From the NCBI GenBank assembly GCA_002811645.1, contig PDIP01000004.1, positions 1 to 64,000 of the forward strand: a stretch of 64,000 bases of DNA, in the 5' to 3' direction. Below, piece after piece: positions 20,107 to 30,969 of this stretch; the stretch's first letter is position 1, and each line of letters starts with the position of its first letter. The DNA is from Corallochytrium limacisporum Hawaii. Lineage: Eukaryota; Protista; Pluriformea. The translations under genes were made by a program, and so were the position numbers. A model generated the notes under the pieces. That model was not told the DNA's origin, did no database searches, and worked only from the letters and a program-made list of their open reading frames with translations.

Positions 20107-22669
20107 TCACCCTGCGTATTCATCGGCACCAAAAGTTCCGGACGATCCCACACACAATGCGCGACTGCACGATTATGTTCTGCGCATACCAACACCCCTT
20201 AATACCCTCGGAACTTCCCTCTAAAGCGTACAAGCCAATCAGATTGACCCCCTTACATGGAAACATAATTATATACGGAGCATTTTATTATTTTAGATAC
20301 TCACCTCCTCGACTGTGCTTGAGAAAGTGAAATATAAATTTTCCGGATGAATATATTGAGTCAATTCATTTCACAACTGTGTCCGGAACCGGTTGGCAAA
20401 AAACCCCTTGCTTGTCGCTACGTGCTCGCCTCCCTCGCGGCCCTACAGTTTTCCACCAGTTTCCCTGCAATTTCCCGGCCCACAACCTCCCCACCCCCGC
20501 ACGCGGACGACAAGCGTTGCCGAGTATTCTGCGGGCGTTGCTGCGACCGTCTTTGACACGAGGAACATACCCTGTCGTTGCTGTCTTCGGTTTTAGAGCA
20601 AATTTTTGACGGAACAAGAGTGTGTGCCAATGCGATGGAAAACATGTGCGACAGGGGGGGCGAGCTAGACGAGAATGTGTGCGAGGAGATTTTCGTTCGA
20701 CGAAGTTTTGGCTTTATTCATAAGTTTTGCACATCGCCATCTGTGATTGGGGATGGTACTGTAAGTCTGAGGATAGACGAGCAGGGGTACACACGTCTCC
20801 TTGCTTTCTATAACACCGTCTGTGTGAGTACACAATGAACTCGTACCGCTCATTTCCCTTAGTGTTGACCTCTGGTTCATTTTAAGGGATTCTCTGATCT
20901 CTTACTGCTCTGACTATGTGCATACATTTCTGGCTGCAGTCTTACAGTACCTGATCTTATTGTCTCACACTAAGCGATGTGACAAAGTTTGGAACTCTAC
21001 GTGCTCACTATTGACGCAATATTACGTCTTTTAGATCCACGCTCCGACTACAACGATATGTTCATACCACAGCGCATCGTGTACAGCACATAGCCGATCC
21101 CTCAGAGTCATGGACTGTGGGCTGTCGGCAACCACCAGAGGTATGGCCGATTGGGGCCACCGAATGCTAAAGGAATGAATTTGTTTGATAACAGTGTGAT
21201 GATGTAACCGCCTTCACCAACCTCCCCCTTTCGATTATCGACGTCTCCATCGACAACCCGTAAGGAGCCATCGAACGCAGAAAAGGGGCGGTGTACGTTG
21301 CCCGACTGTAGTGAACTTTCCGTCGATGATTACATGGAGAAAATATCTTTATGTGGCGACATAGCCACCCCAATGACAGACTGGTTGCTTGTTTGGTAAA
21401 GGCGGAAAGAATACGATGTCTTGGATTCACATCTGTTTAGCTAATGAATTATGAGCGACCACGCGACGACCTTCAAGGATGACCGGTCTGCTGAGGCTTT
21501 GGAGGGCGACTTGGGGCCTGAATAGGCACTTCTATAGTTTGCCTACTCTTCAGGTGTGTCTCCTCTCTCGACGCAGGTGGCGGTTGGTAAAACCCCCCTC
21601 CTTCACCACTGACTCCGGCTCTCGCTTGCAAAATCGCACAGGGCCAGTTGTCAAAGGCATTTCGGTATCTCTAGTAAGTCCTTCAGGGCGCTAGTTTCGT
21701 CCTGTCAAGAATTACAGAAAGGTCTATAGGTACGCAACGTGGACAGTCTGCACATCTGATTAGTAAGTGTACTAGCGGCAACAAGAATTGTCCTGGTTTC
21801 ACCATACAGCGGTCGGTACCTAGTTCATGATAAAAGCATTCATACCGAAAATGGGCCACCGCAATACCTCCCGTGAAAATTTTGCGGGGGTGTGAGCACA
21901 GAACATGTGGGGTGCCGAAACACACTTCATTGTGGTATAATACATGTATATTATTGTCCCGGAAGTGAAATATATCATTTTCATCGCCGTTTATATATGT
22001 CTGTTCTGCCGTATACTAATTGATCCCCCGCAAGAGGCTTCCCAAATAAAGATAAGTGATGCTACTGAAAGAACTTGAAACATTAAACGTGGAATAGTGA
22101 AACCAAAGGTACATCGGCGCGTAGGAAATGTACTGTTGTACCGTAGACGATTGGAGGTGCAAAACGGGTAAACTGATCTGAAAAGCAATGCTGAGTTCAT
22201 GGCGGAGACATGACCTACGCGACCGAGGCGTTCACAAAGACTCAAGAAGGTTCGCAATTTTTTTTACCTTCATTCAGTATGTGCCACACTTCTGCAAAGT
22301 GTGCAAGGGTGGACACCAGCACATCAGACCATACAGCTCCCCAGACGAGTCCGAGTATCCCGTAAGAGAGACAAGGAGGACATTTTGGGCTATGCTGCCA
22401 CACACGCATAAACAAGATATCCAAAACCGGAGTTCTTTACCGGGTGCTGTATAAAGTATTCAGTTCTGGAAAACACATCCTCACGGAAACCCCTCGGGCG
22501 GAGCAAATCTCCGGCGGTGTTTATTGATAGGAGGTCAAGGTCACTGTTGGCCGTTCTGTCTTGGTTTCAATGCTCTACTAATATGCCTGCTTATGCGTGC
22601 TGTGTGCATGCAGCATCCACTGCGCACTGTAGTATCTGTACGACAAGAAGAGCACGGCAACAAGCAGGT

Positions 22670-22920
22670 NNNNNNNNNNNNNNNNNNNNNNNNNNNNNNN
22701 NNNNNNNNNNNNNNNNNNNNNNNNNNNNNNNNNNNNNNNNNNNNNNNNNNNNNNNNNNNNNNNNNNNNNNNNNNNNNNNNNNNNNNNNNNNNNNNNNNNN
22801 NNNNNNNNNNNNNNNNNNNNNNNNNNNNNNNNNNNNNNNNNNNNNNNNNNNNNNNNNNNNNNNNNNNNNNNNNNNNNNNNNNNNNNNNNNNNNNNNNNNN
22901 NNNNNNNNNNNNNNNNNNNN
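22670..22920. other. assembly gap (251 N)
   Basis: run of n. Confidence 0.99.
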
Positions 22921-24767
22921 ACGGCGATCAAGTGATGTTTCACCGGAAACTAAGGACAAGGTCATTGGCCTGCTGAAACAAGGCATATCCGCTGCACGCG
23001 ACGTGGAAAAGACCCCTGATATGTTTGCAAAGAAACTTCCAAACGGGTTGACCGACAAAGTTTGTAAGTTATCCGGCACCGAGCCTAGGACTGTGCGAAA
23101 GCTTTGGAATCAGTACGTGAAGGCGAAGAGTAAGGCACAAGCAAAGGGAGACGATGTGACGACACCAGATGTTTTCCAGCCCAAAAAGCGCACTGGCCGT
23201 CCGAGGAAACAACTGTCCTTGAGTCCGCTCCAAAATGGTGGTGTCAGATACCGGTCATACAGAGAATTGGCGGCTATCATGAGCGAGCAAAGCGGGGTAA
23301 AGGTAAGTGAATCTCTGATCAGGAGAAGGAAACAGTCAGGAGATTTGCAGGTTTGCAAAGTAAGACGCAAAATATATTTGGACAGTGATGCAATGCAGAG
23401 CAGAGTAAAATTCATTCTCGAATTGATCGCCGACGAAGGAAGGTTTCCTCCTTTCGACGACGTCATCTTCATCGACGAGAAGTGGTTCTATCCACACGTT
23501 AAGAACCTGAACATAGCATATGCAGGAAATGAAGAGAATGTGCGAAGAGTCCAACATGTCAATAGGGGCCACAGCGAGAGCATAAAGTCTATGTTTATTG
23601 CTGCTGTTGCAAAACCTAGGACATGGGTCTCGAGCTTCGGTCTTCAGGAGAACGAATTCGATGGAAAGTTGGTTTGTCATCCTTGTGTAGAAGAGACTGT
23701 AGCGAAACGAAAGAGCAAGAACCGTGATCGAGGAGACAAAGTCGTGAAACCTGTGAGTGTGACTGGCAGAACACTACTCGCTTTCTTTGATCAAGTGCTG
23801 TTCCCTTCGGTGGTGCAGAAGTGGCCGACAACGTGGCCTAAGTCGCGCCCGATTTACATCTGGCTTGATAATGCACGACCCCATTGTGCCTTGGAGAAAA
23901 GCTTGAAGACAGAATGGGAACAGGTTCATGGTCGCTGGCTTGAGAATACCTCCTATGACTTTCGGCTGCGCTTCCAGCCGAAACTGAGCCCTGACCTAAA
24001 CATTCTTGATTTGTCTTTGTTCCGCTCTCTGGACAGGGCGCGGCCAAGTCCGAGTCTAGTGAAGATGAACACTATAGAGGAAGTTATGGAGACTGTCTTA
24101 ACTGCATGGAAAGATTGGGATCCTGATTGCCTTGCCAGAGCTTTTAGAACCTTACAAGATGTCATGGTAAAGATCTTGGAGCACAAGGGTGGGAATACGT
24201 TCAAACTACCGCACTCGAGAAAGACACCGTCTGGACACTTGAACTACGGTGAGGCAATTATAGACGACGCACTCATACGTGAGGCTCTGGCATATATGAA
24301 CGGGTTTAATTGTGTGTCAAGAGCGGATCAAGATGACCGACAAGATTCTGACACTGATGAAGATGAGAACGATGACGAATCCACATCGCTTGGATGTATT
24401 CTGGGAGTCCAAGATACGTGTCTCAACTACAACTGTCGGCAAGATCCCCCGGTCTCATACCAAACAACACCAATGAGAGGGTTGCAATGGTTAAACAGAC
24501 TGCTTTAATGATATTGGCAACGTATTTGATCCCTTGGAGAGTTGTTATGACCGTGGTCAAGCACAGGTCTGACAACATCACCCCGCAAACAAGCGGAACA
24601 TCCAGAAACACAGAAACGAAGTGCTCAGTGATTCGAATATTTTAGTTGCCTCATTGATTTCATTATATAGTTAACATTTACATTTGTCTGTTGAATCGAA
24701 TAAATAATCATATAAATCACGATCCGGTATATATTTTCGAACGAAAATTTTGGTTGGATACGGAGTA
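22921..24767 (+). mobile_element. Tc1/mariner (plant/oomycete-type DD39D-related) DNA transposon; left end probably lies in the gap
   Basis: transposase ORF plus candidate right terminus ...GGATACGGAG|TA at 24756-24767 (reverse complement TA|CTCCGT..., resembling Stowaway/mariner ends with a TA target site). Confidence 0.75.
22922..24508 (+). CDS. mariner-like transposase, 5' end in gap
   Basis: AT-hook KRTGRPRK, FIDEKWFY, K.MFIAAVAKPR, A.R.SKNR..G, DNARPH, QP..SPDLNILDL..F.SL, GGN.FKLPH; open from the gap to the stop. Confidence 0.9.
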   Translation, partial: RRSSDVSPETKDKVIGLLKQGISAARDVEKTPDMFAKKLPNGLTDKVCKLSGTEPRTVRKLWNQYVKAKSKAQAKGDDVTTPDVFQPKKRTGRPRKQLSLSPLQNGGVRYRSYRELAAIMSEQSGVKVSESLIRRRKQSGDLQVCKVRRKIYLDSDAMQSRVKFILELIADEGRFPPFDDVIFIDEKWFYPHVKNLNIAYAGNEENVRRVQHVNRGHSESIKSMFIAAVAKPRTWVSSFGLQENEFDGKLVCHPCVEETVAKRKSKNRDRGDKVVKPVSVTGRTLLAFFDQVLFPSVVQKWPTTWPKSRPIYIWLDNARPHCALEKSLKTEWEQVHGRWLENTSYDFRLRFQPKLSPDLNILDLSLFRSLDRARPSPSLVKMNTIEEVMETVLTAWKDWDPDCLARAFRTLQDVMVKILEHKGGNTFKLPHSRKTPSGHLNYGEAIIDDALIREALAYMNGFNCVSRADQDDRQDSDTDEDENDDESTSLGCILGVQDTCLNYNCRQDPPVSYQTTPMRGLQWLNRLL

Positions 24768-25402
24768 TACATTCAACTCAGAGGATAGTATTTTTTCTTT
24801 TTTTTTTGCGCACTTCATTTGAGAGAGAAAATACTAATATAGGAATAAATTGAACTTCATTATGGTACAGGAAACTTGATATACTAAATTGGTACGCCTA
24901 CGGGCAAAGCTGGTCCTGTAGGAGTACTGTTCGCAAAGTATTAACTAGTTCACAAAAGCTCCCAGCTGATGCTCGAGGGCCGAAGGCATTGATAGTTCCC
25001 TGTCGCCTGCACCAAACTTGTGAGAGTAGAAACATGGCCCACTGTGATCAAGTGGATATAGTGATGCCCCTAAGAGTGGGTCTGTAACATGTCCCGTTTC
25101 ATTCCGCTCGTTCGATGGTGCACTATTGGAGCCCCTTGTATCCAACCCTCCCCATCGGTCCGTTACCTGGCCGGGGTGGGTCTGGACGCGGCCGGCGAAA
25201 AAGCCAGTGGCTGGGACGGGGGAAAGCCAACATACGAGAGCTGTCATCACATCAGCCAACAACCTCACAGGCGCCGATTGGGGTATTAAAGGACAGTGCT
25301 AAGGGATCACAAACGAAGGGGAGCTGCCTGCCTAACGCTTCTTTCAGTGAGTGGAATTTGAACTAGCAGAATCTAGTGTAGAGCCACAGAAATTGCGACA
25401 CA

Positions 25403-27055
25403 ATGGTTGCGAGCATGAAGGTCGCCATGGCCGTTTTGATGTCGGCAACGGTCTGCATGGGCCAATTTCCTTTCGACGAGTCCACTGGTGGATTCCAGCC
25501 CGCAGACGGAGATAATCCTGATGATACTCCTGTGTACAAAATGGATAACCGCGTTCTGATCATCAAAGGGTCAAACGCCAGCGCATCAAGGTACCTTCAT
25601 GACCCTACCAGCGAGTCGTACATGTTCCAGTTTCAGTGGTATGGTATTCCATTTGAGTCATATACAGTACCAGGATCTGGGCAAGATTATTTGCAGAATC
25701 CTGAGCCTACTAGATTCCATCATTTGACGTTTGGCAATGATGATGGAGCGGAGAACCCGATTGAAACTTGGTATAAAACCTTTGACTACAAGATTGCAAA
25801 CGGCCTTGAGAACGGAGAGAATTATGGTCGTTACAGCGGTATCTTCATCCTGCCTAATGCAGCCATTAGCCAGGATGACTTGCGTGACATCTTCGCGTAC
25901 GCCGAAAAGTATGGTGCCCGTGTCGCCGGCTGGAGCGGTCAGTTCCCGGGGTCAATCAAGGGCATAACCTCAGTGCCGCCATTGACAGCTGACGAAGCAC
26001 GAAACATGCAGTTCACCCAGAAAGGCAGAGAATTTACGGACACGATCATAGATCCAAACTACAAATTCAATCTCGCTGAGATTGAAGTCGTGTATAACGA
26101 AGTTGTTACCCTTGACGAAGACCCTGGTAAGACCGAGGCCCTTGTACAGGATCCTGAGTCTGGCAAGACCATCCTCAGCTACCATCAAGTGCGTCCCGGT
26201 GTCGAACTGATGGCAGTCTGGTACACTCTAACCTATTATCAGCAGGACGCGTGGCCCCTGTTCTTGCCTATTATTGAGTTTCTTTCTCGTCGCCATTGGA
26301 CTGGCGCCCGCCGCATTCACCTGAACAACGTCATGACCAACTGGTACATGTTCCCCGAGGTGCGCAGCCCTCTTTGTGTGAAACTAGCGAGTTTCTGCTC
26401 TAACGGGAGTGGTCGATTCGAGACTGATGTTGCAAGATTCGAAAAACTTTGGGCCTTCCCAGTCCCGAACTATGACTGTTCGCGCCCGCAGAGCTTCTGT
26501 GATTCCAGCCAAGTAGACATCACGTACGACGATACGAATGCGATGTTCGCGTGCGAGCCCGTGACCACTTACGAGTTCAACGGTTCATACGATTTGATCG
26601 GCATGCAGCTTTCTTCTACGGAGGGCTGCGAGAACTTCTTATTCACCACTACGTCCAAGGCAAACGATCTTAAGCTGACATTCGACGATGGAACGGAAGT
26701 AAGCAAATTCGCGGAGTACGGCCCGGACATCAACTACATGATCCCGATGACCGCTGGCGAGAATCACATTTCGTTTGACCAAACGCGGTACAACTACAAA
26801 CTTGACAAGGTCGTAAATGTGACAAGCCCGCCTCCAGACGGCGGAGACGACGGTGACGGAGGAGACGACGGTGACGGAGGAGATGAAGACAATGGAGGGA
26901 GCGATGGAGACAACGGCAATGAAAACGACAATGGAGGCAGTTCGAGGGACAATGGTGACTCGGGACAACTTGATGGAACATCTTCGGGCGGCGATGCTCT
27001 CAGTGTTGGTGCAATCGTAGGTATTGTTATTGCTGGCGTGGCTGTGGTTGCATAA
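25403..27055 (+). CDS. Agd3-derived (CBM87-like) surface protein, paralog 1; stop within the TM, in-frame tail continues to 27184
   Basis: signal peptide, RVLII, WYGIPF, G.YSGI, IFAY..KYGARV, G.ELM, FLSR..W.G.RRI.LN; C-terminal C.P...Y...C..EYG.D; G/D-rich stalk; TAA at 27053-27055 where the paralog has Leu. Confidence 0.75.
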   Translation: MVASMKVAMAVLMSATVCMGQFPFDESTGGFQPADGDNPDDTPVYKMDNRVLIIKGSNASASRYLHDPTSESYMFQFQWYGIPFESYTVPGSGQDYLQNPEPTRFHHLTFGNDDGAENPIETWYKTFDYKIANGLENGENYGRYSGIFILPNAAISQDDLRDIFAYAEKYGARVAGWSGQFPGSIKGITSVPPLTADEARNMQFTQKGREFTDTIIDPNYKFNLAEIEVVYNEVVTLDEDPGKTEALVQDPESGKTILSYHQVRPGVELMAVWYTLTYYQQDAWPLFLPIIEFLSRRHWTGARRIHLNNVMTNWYMFPEVRSPLCVKLASFCSNGSGRFETDVARFEKLWAFPVPNYDCSRPQSFCDSSQVDITYDDTNAMFACEPVTTYEFNGSYDLIGMQLSSTEGCENFLFTTTSKANDLKLTFDDGTEVSKFAEYGPDINYMIPMTAGENHISFDQTRYNYKLDKVVNVTSPPPDGGDDGDGGDDGDGGDEDNGGSDGDNGNENDNGGSSRDNGDSGQLDGTSSGGDALSVGAIVGIVIAGVAVVA

Positions 27056-28335
27056 GTCGTGACACTCTGCCTGTGCTGGCGCAGGCGAGGTGGCAGCGAC
27101 AAGGTCGCCAGCAACAACCGCCGCTCCAACAGTGGTGGCGCTACACCAGATGGTGACTCCTTCGGCCGCGAAAGCGCGGTGTGAGTGCCACTCGAATTAT
27201 AGCCATATGTTTGTAATAGATATGACTGCTCCAGATTTGCGTACCCTGCAGCAACATCACCAGCCATTTCGGTATCCGTTGCCCCCCCCCCGCGCGGGGC
27301 CCAGCTCCCCGCCGCCCGGGCCCAGTGGTTTTTATTGCTCCGCCGATTCGCTCTCACTATCCGTATGTGTATAATGTGCTATTGTGAAATCAGCGGCCCG
27401 AATCTTTCGGTCTACACGACTCGTCCGGCGTAGGTAACCTGTCGCGATGATTTGTTCCCGCTCTCCAAGGGATAATAAGGCCCTCTGTCGTTGCGCAAAT
27501 CACCCATTGTCGGGGGATATACCATACAGTCCACTAGTGTATTGTAATCTTTAAATTGGTATACTGTGTCGCAAAGAGTCTCGCCTGCTGTACGCAACTG
27601 TTTGCTATTTTTAATCGAGTTGTGGCGGCAAGGTCCGAGAGTTTCAAGCCCTGCCACTCTATCCGGATTTGGGTAAGCGGTCGGAGTACATGGACACGGT
27701 TGGGTCTCGAATTTTGCCAGCCCCTTCACACCCTCCCCCCCCTCTTCCCCTTTTTTGCCCTTCGGTGTCTCCCCGTGTGACGGTCAAACCCCCCCCCCCC
27801 CCTCCGGCGGTTCTCCCCAGAGTGGGGGTGGGCGGTGGAACGTGGTAAATCTGGCCGAGCCGCCGGCCCGATGAAACGGGAGAAGGAGACTGGTGGGGGA
27901 AAACCTATGAGGCCTCCTCCCCACTCTTATCGGCTTTTTCTGCGAGCGCACGACTTATGGTAATGAATTAGGAATACACCCACCATACACCCAAGTATCA
28001 CAAGTAGTTTGCTGGCCTATACGAATGCGCGGGAAGGGGCCAGAGGTGTGTTCCAACCCGATGGGAAAGCCAGATTCTCTGAGAAAGGGGGGAAAGCCTA
28101 TGGATCATCACGAACACATCTGTTTGTTGTGATCCTGTGGTCCAAACCAGAGATGACGAATAGAATCCTAATGCGTTCCTCAACCAGCACGTTGCAAACT
28201 GGTGTGGATGCGAGGTACAAAAGGGACATTGCTCCGTAACACGATAGAGCAGGCGTCGTTTTCAACTAAGACTGCACACAGGAGTGGAATTCGAGCTAGC
28301 AGGATCTAGCGTAGAACCACTTAAATATTGACATA

Positions 28336-30069
28336 ATGGTTGCGTGCATGAAGATCGCTCTGGCTGTGGTGATGTCGGCAACATTCACCATGGGCCAATT
28401 TCCTTTCGATGAATCCACCGGTGGGTTCGACGGTGACTTCAAGATGGACAATCGCGTTCTTATCATCAAGGGTTCGAACATCGGCGGAGAAAGGTACCTC
28501 CACGATCCTACCAGCGAGTCGTATATCTTCCAATTGCAATGGTACGGCATTCCTTTTGAGTCGTACACGAAAGGAGACGGGTACAATTATTTGCAGAAGC
28601 CCGAACCCACTGAAACTCACCATATAACCTTCGGCAATGATGACGGTGATGAGAACCCGATCAGAACTTGGTACAAGGACACGAGTTTCACCCTTGACAC
28701 AGGTCTGGAAAACGAAGAAGGGCATGGTCGGTACAGTGGCATTATTATCCTGCTTGATGCTGAGCTCAGCAACGAAGACTTCAGCACCATCTTCGCTTAC
28801 TGCGAAAAGTATTCTGCTCGCATTGTCGCTTGGAACTATGGACTACCAAACCTTTTGGAGGGCATCACTCGCGCAGATGAGACTACTGATCCCTTAACTG
28901 ATGCCGAGGCAGGAAATATGCAGTTCACCGACAAGGGCAAACTATTCACTGACTCTTTCGATCATGAGTACACATTCAATCTCGCTGAGATTGAGGTCGT
29001 ATATAACGAAGTGGTCTACATTGAAGAGAATCCTGGAAAGACCGAAGCCCTTGTACAGGATCCTGAGTCTGGCAAGACCATTCTCAGCTACCACCTTGTA
29101 CGACCCGGTGTCGAATTAATGGGCGTCTGGTATACTCTAAACTACTTCCAGCAGGACTCCTGGCCCTTGTTCTTCCCCATCATTGAGTTTATTTCTCGTC
29201 GCCATTGGACTGGCGCCCGCCGTATTCACCTGAACAACGTCATGACCAACTGGTACATGTTCCCGGAGGTGCGCAGCCCACTGTGTGAGAAACTATCATC
29301 ATTCTGCAACGATGAGGGTGATGGTCGGTTTGAATTGGCAGTCTGGGAATATCCCGACCACTGGAACTTCCCAGCACCGAACTATGACTGTTCGCGCCCC
29401 CAGGCGTTCTGTGACTCGAGCGCAGAGGGCGTGGATATCACGTTCAATGACACTGTGGCGATGTTCGCATGCGAGCCTCTGACCACATACGAGTTCAACG
29501 GTTCATACGATTTGATTGGCATGGAGTTTACATCTACTCAGGGCTGTGAAAACTTCCTGTACACCACGACCGCTCTGGCCAACAATCTTAAGCTGAAATT
29601 CGACGACGGAACGGAAGTAAGCAAGTGGACAGAATACGGTGTGGACAACAACTACGTGATTCCCATGACCACTGGCCAGAACCATATTAACTTTGATGAT
29701 ACGCTATACAACTACCGCACCGACAGCATCACCGTCGAAGGCGAGGACCCAGAGAACGGAGGTGGTGGTGATGGATCTGACGATGGTGGATCTGGAGATG
29801 ATGGATCTGGCGGCAATGGAGGAGACAGTGGTGGAAGTGAAGGAGACGATGGCACATCCTCTAGCAGCAGCGGTGGCCTCAGCATCGGCGCGATTGTTGG
29901 TATTGCCGTCGCTGGTGTTGTCGTAGTTGCTCTTGTCGTCGCATGCTTCCTGTGCAGGCGCAGGCGTAGCAATGGCAAAGACGCTCGTAACACTCGCCGA
30001 CACAGCGGCAAACGGAACAGCAACAGTAGAAGCGGCAGTGACTACTTCTGCCGCGAGGTTGATGTGTAG
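28336..30069 (+). CDS. Agd3-derived (CBM87-like) type I membrane protein, paralog 2 (intact)
   Basis: same domains as paralog 1, then a Ser-Gly/Asp stalk, TM GAIVGIAVAGVVVVALVVACFLC, RRRR, and a tail ending -EVDV. Confidence 0.8.
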   Translation: MVACMKIALAVVMSATFTMGQFPFDESTGGFDGDFKMDNRVLIIKGSNIGGERYLHDPTSESYIFQLQWYGIPFESYTKGDGYNYLQKPEPTETHHITFGNDDGDENPIRTWYKDTSFTLDTGLENEEGHGRYSGIIILLDAELSNEDFSTIFAYCEKYSARIVAWNYGLPNLLEGITRADETTDPLTDAEAGNMQFTDKGKLFTDSFDHEYTFNLAEIEVVYNEVVYIEENPGKTEALVQDPESGKTILSYHLVRPGVELMGVWYTLNYFQQDSWPLFFPIIEFISRRHWTGARRIHLNNVMTNWYMFPEVRSPLCEKLSSFCNDEGDGRFELAVWEYPDHWNFPAPNYDCSRPQAFCDSSAEGVDITFNDTVAMFACEPLTTYEFNGSYDLIGMEFTSTQGCENFLYTTTALANNLKLKFDDGTEVSKWTEYGVDNNYVIPMTTGQNHINFDDTLYNYRTDSITVEGEDPENGGGGDGSDDGGSGDDGSGGNGGDSGGSEGDDGTSSSSSGGLSIGAIVGIAVAGVVVVALVVACFLCRRRRSNGKDARNTRRHSGKRNSNSRSGSDYFCREVDV

Positions 30070-30969
30070 AGAATTCTCGGCATATTATCACAATTCTGTT
30101 AGAGTACATAAAATATATTTCTTTTGCATAGTCTTATCCTTAGTATAACAGACTTATGAGTGTTCAAAGCAGACATATGCCCCAGTCCCCATCACACGCT
30201 AACCACTCCGGGCAATAGGAATCTGAGATCCTTCCGCAACCTAAGAAACACTATGAAATGACAGTGATTCTCAAACTTTCTAACCGTATATTTAATTTGA
30301 GATTATATAAAATATACCGACGTGTTTGAAATATACGGCACCGGCCCCAATGGCTTTAACGTCCGACCGGTACTAAATGTATTATAAGGAAACCCAGGAG
30401 ACTCCCCCTCTTCCCCAGAAGGAAAAAGGAGGGGGGGGGGCCAATAAGGGGCAGGAAGAAAAAGGGAGGGGGGGGGGAGGGGACGTTTTCCTCTGCCCCA
30501 CTTCTTCTCCTGTAGACCTGACTTTTTTCGCGCCAAATTTTCAATTTGCCCAACTTTGTGCCCCTGCTCCGTTCGTCTCCCTCCCACTCACCCCCTCCGG
30601 CCTTGAGTCACTCGGACTTGCCAGTGACCAACCAAGGGTGCGCAAAGAAACAGGGAGGCGTGTAAGTCCCACCTGATCGTCCAGCAAAACATTGGAGGAG
30701 AGATAGATCAGTGGGATACACGATATGCTGTTGGTTCTCATATGTGACTGTTTCCAACTTGGATGAGAAAAGATCGGAATGATGTGCTCTGGGAGGTTTA
30801 CGAAGCCGTTGTTCCAAACAAGACGCCATTGGCGTGCACAATGTGAACGTAGGTAGTGCGAAGGTATGAAAATGCACAAGAACGATTTGCATACCACTCT
30901 ATCAAGGCATCCCTTGCCAGCCCGGGCACTTCATGTTCAGACGGTCGACAGCAAACAATCTTGCCAGTC

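Noticed and set aside
20297-20360. Possible left TIR of the mariner element (aaattttccggatgaatatat)
   Set aside because: Only loose AT-rich similarity to the right end and no TA|CTCCGT terminus in register
22517-22921. N-terminal part of the 663-aa ORF spanning the gap
   Set aside because: Frame continuity across 251 Ns is an artefact; only the post-gap transposase is supported
26830-26960. Short tandem repeats (gacggcggagacgacggt) as a CRISPR or DNA repeat element
   Set aside because: Coding repeats of the Gly/Asp stalk; no spacers, eukaryotic context
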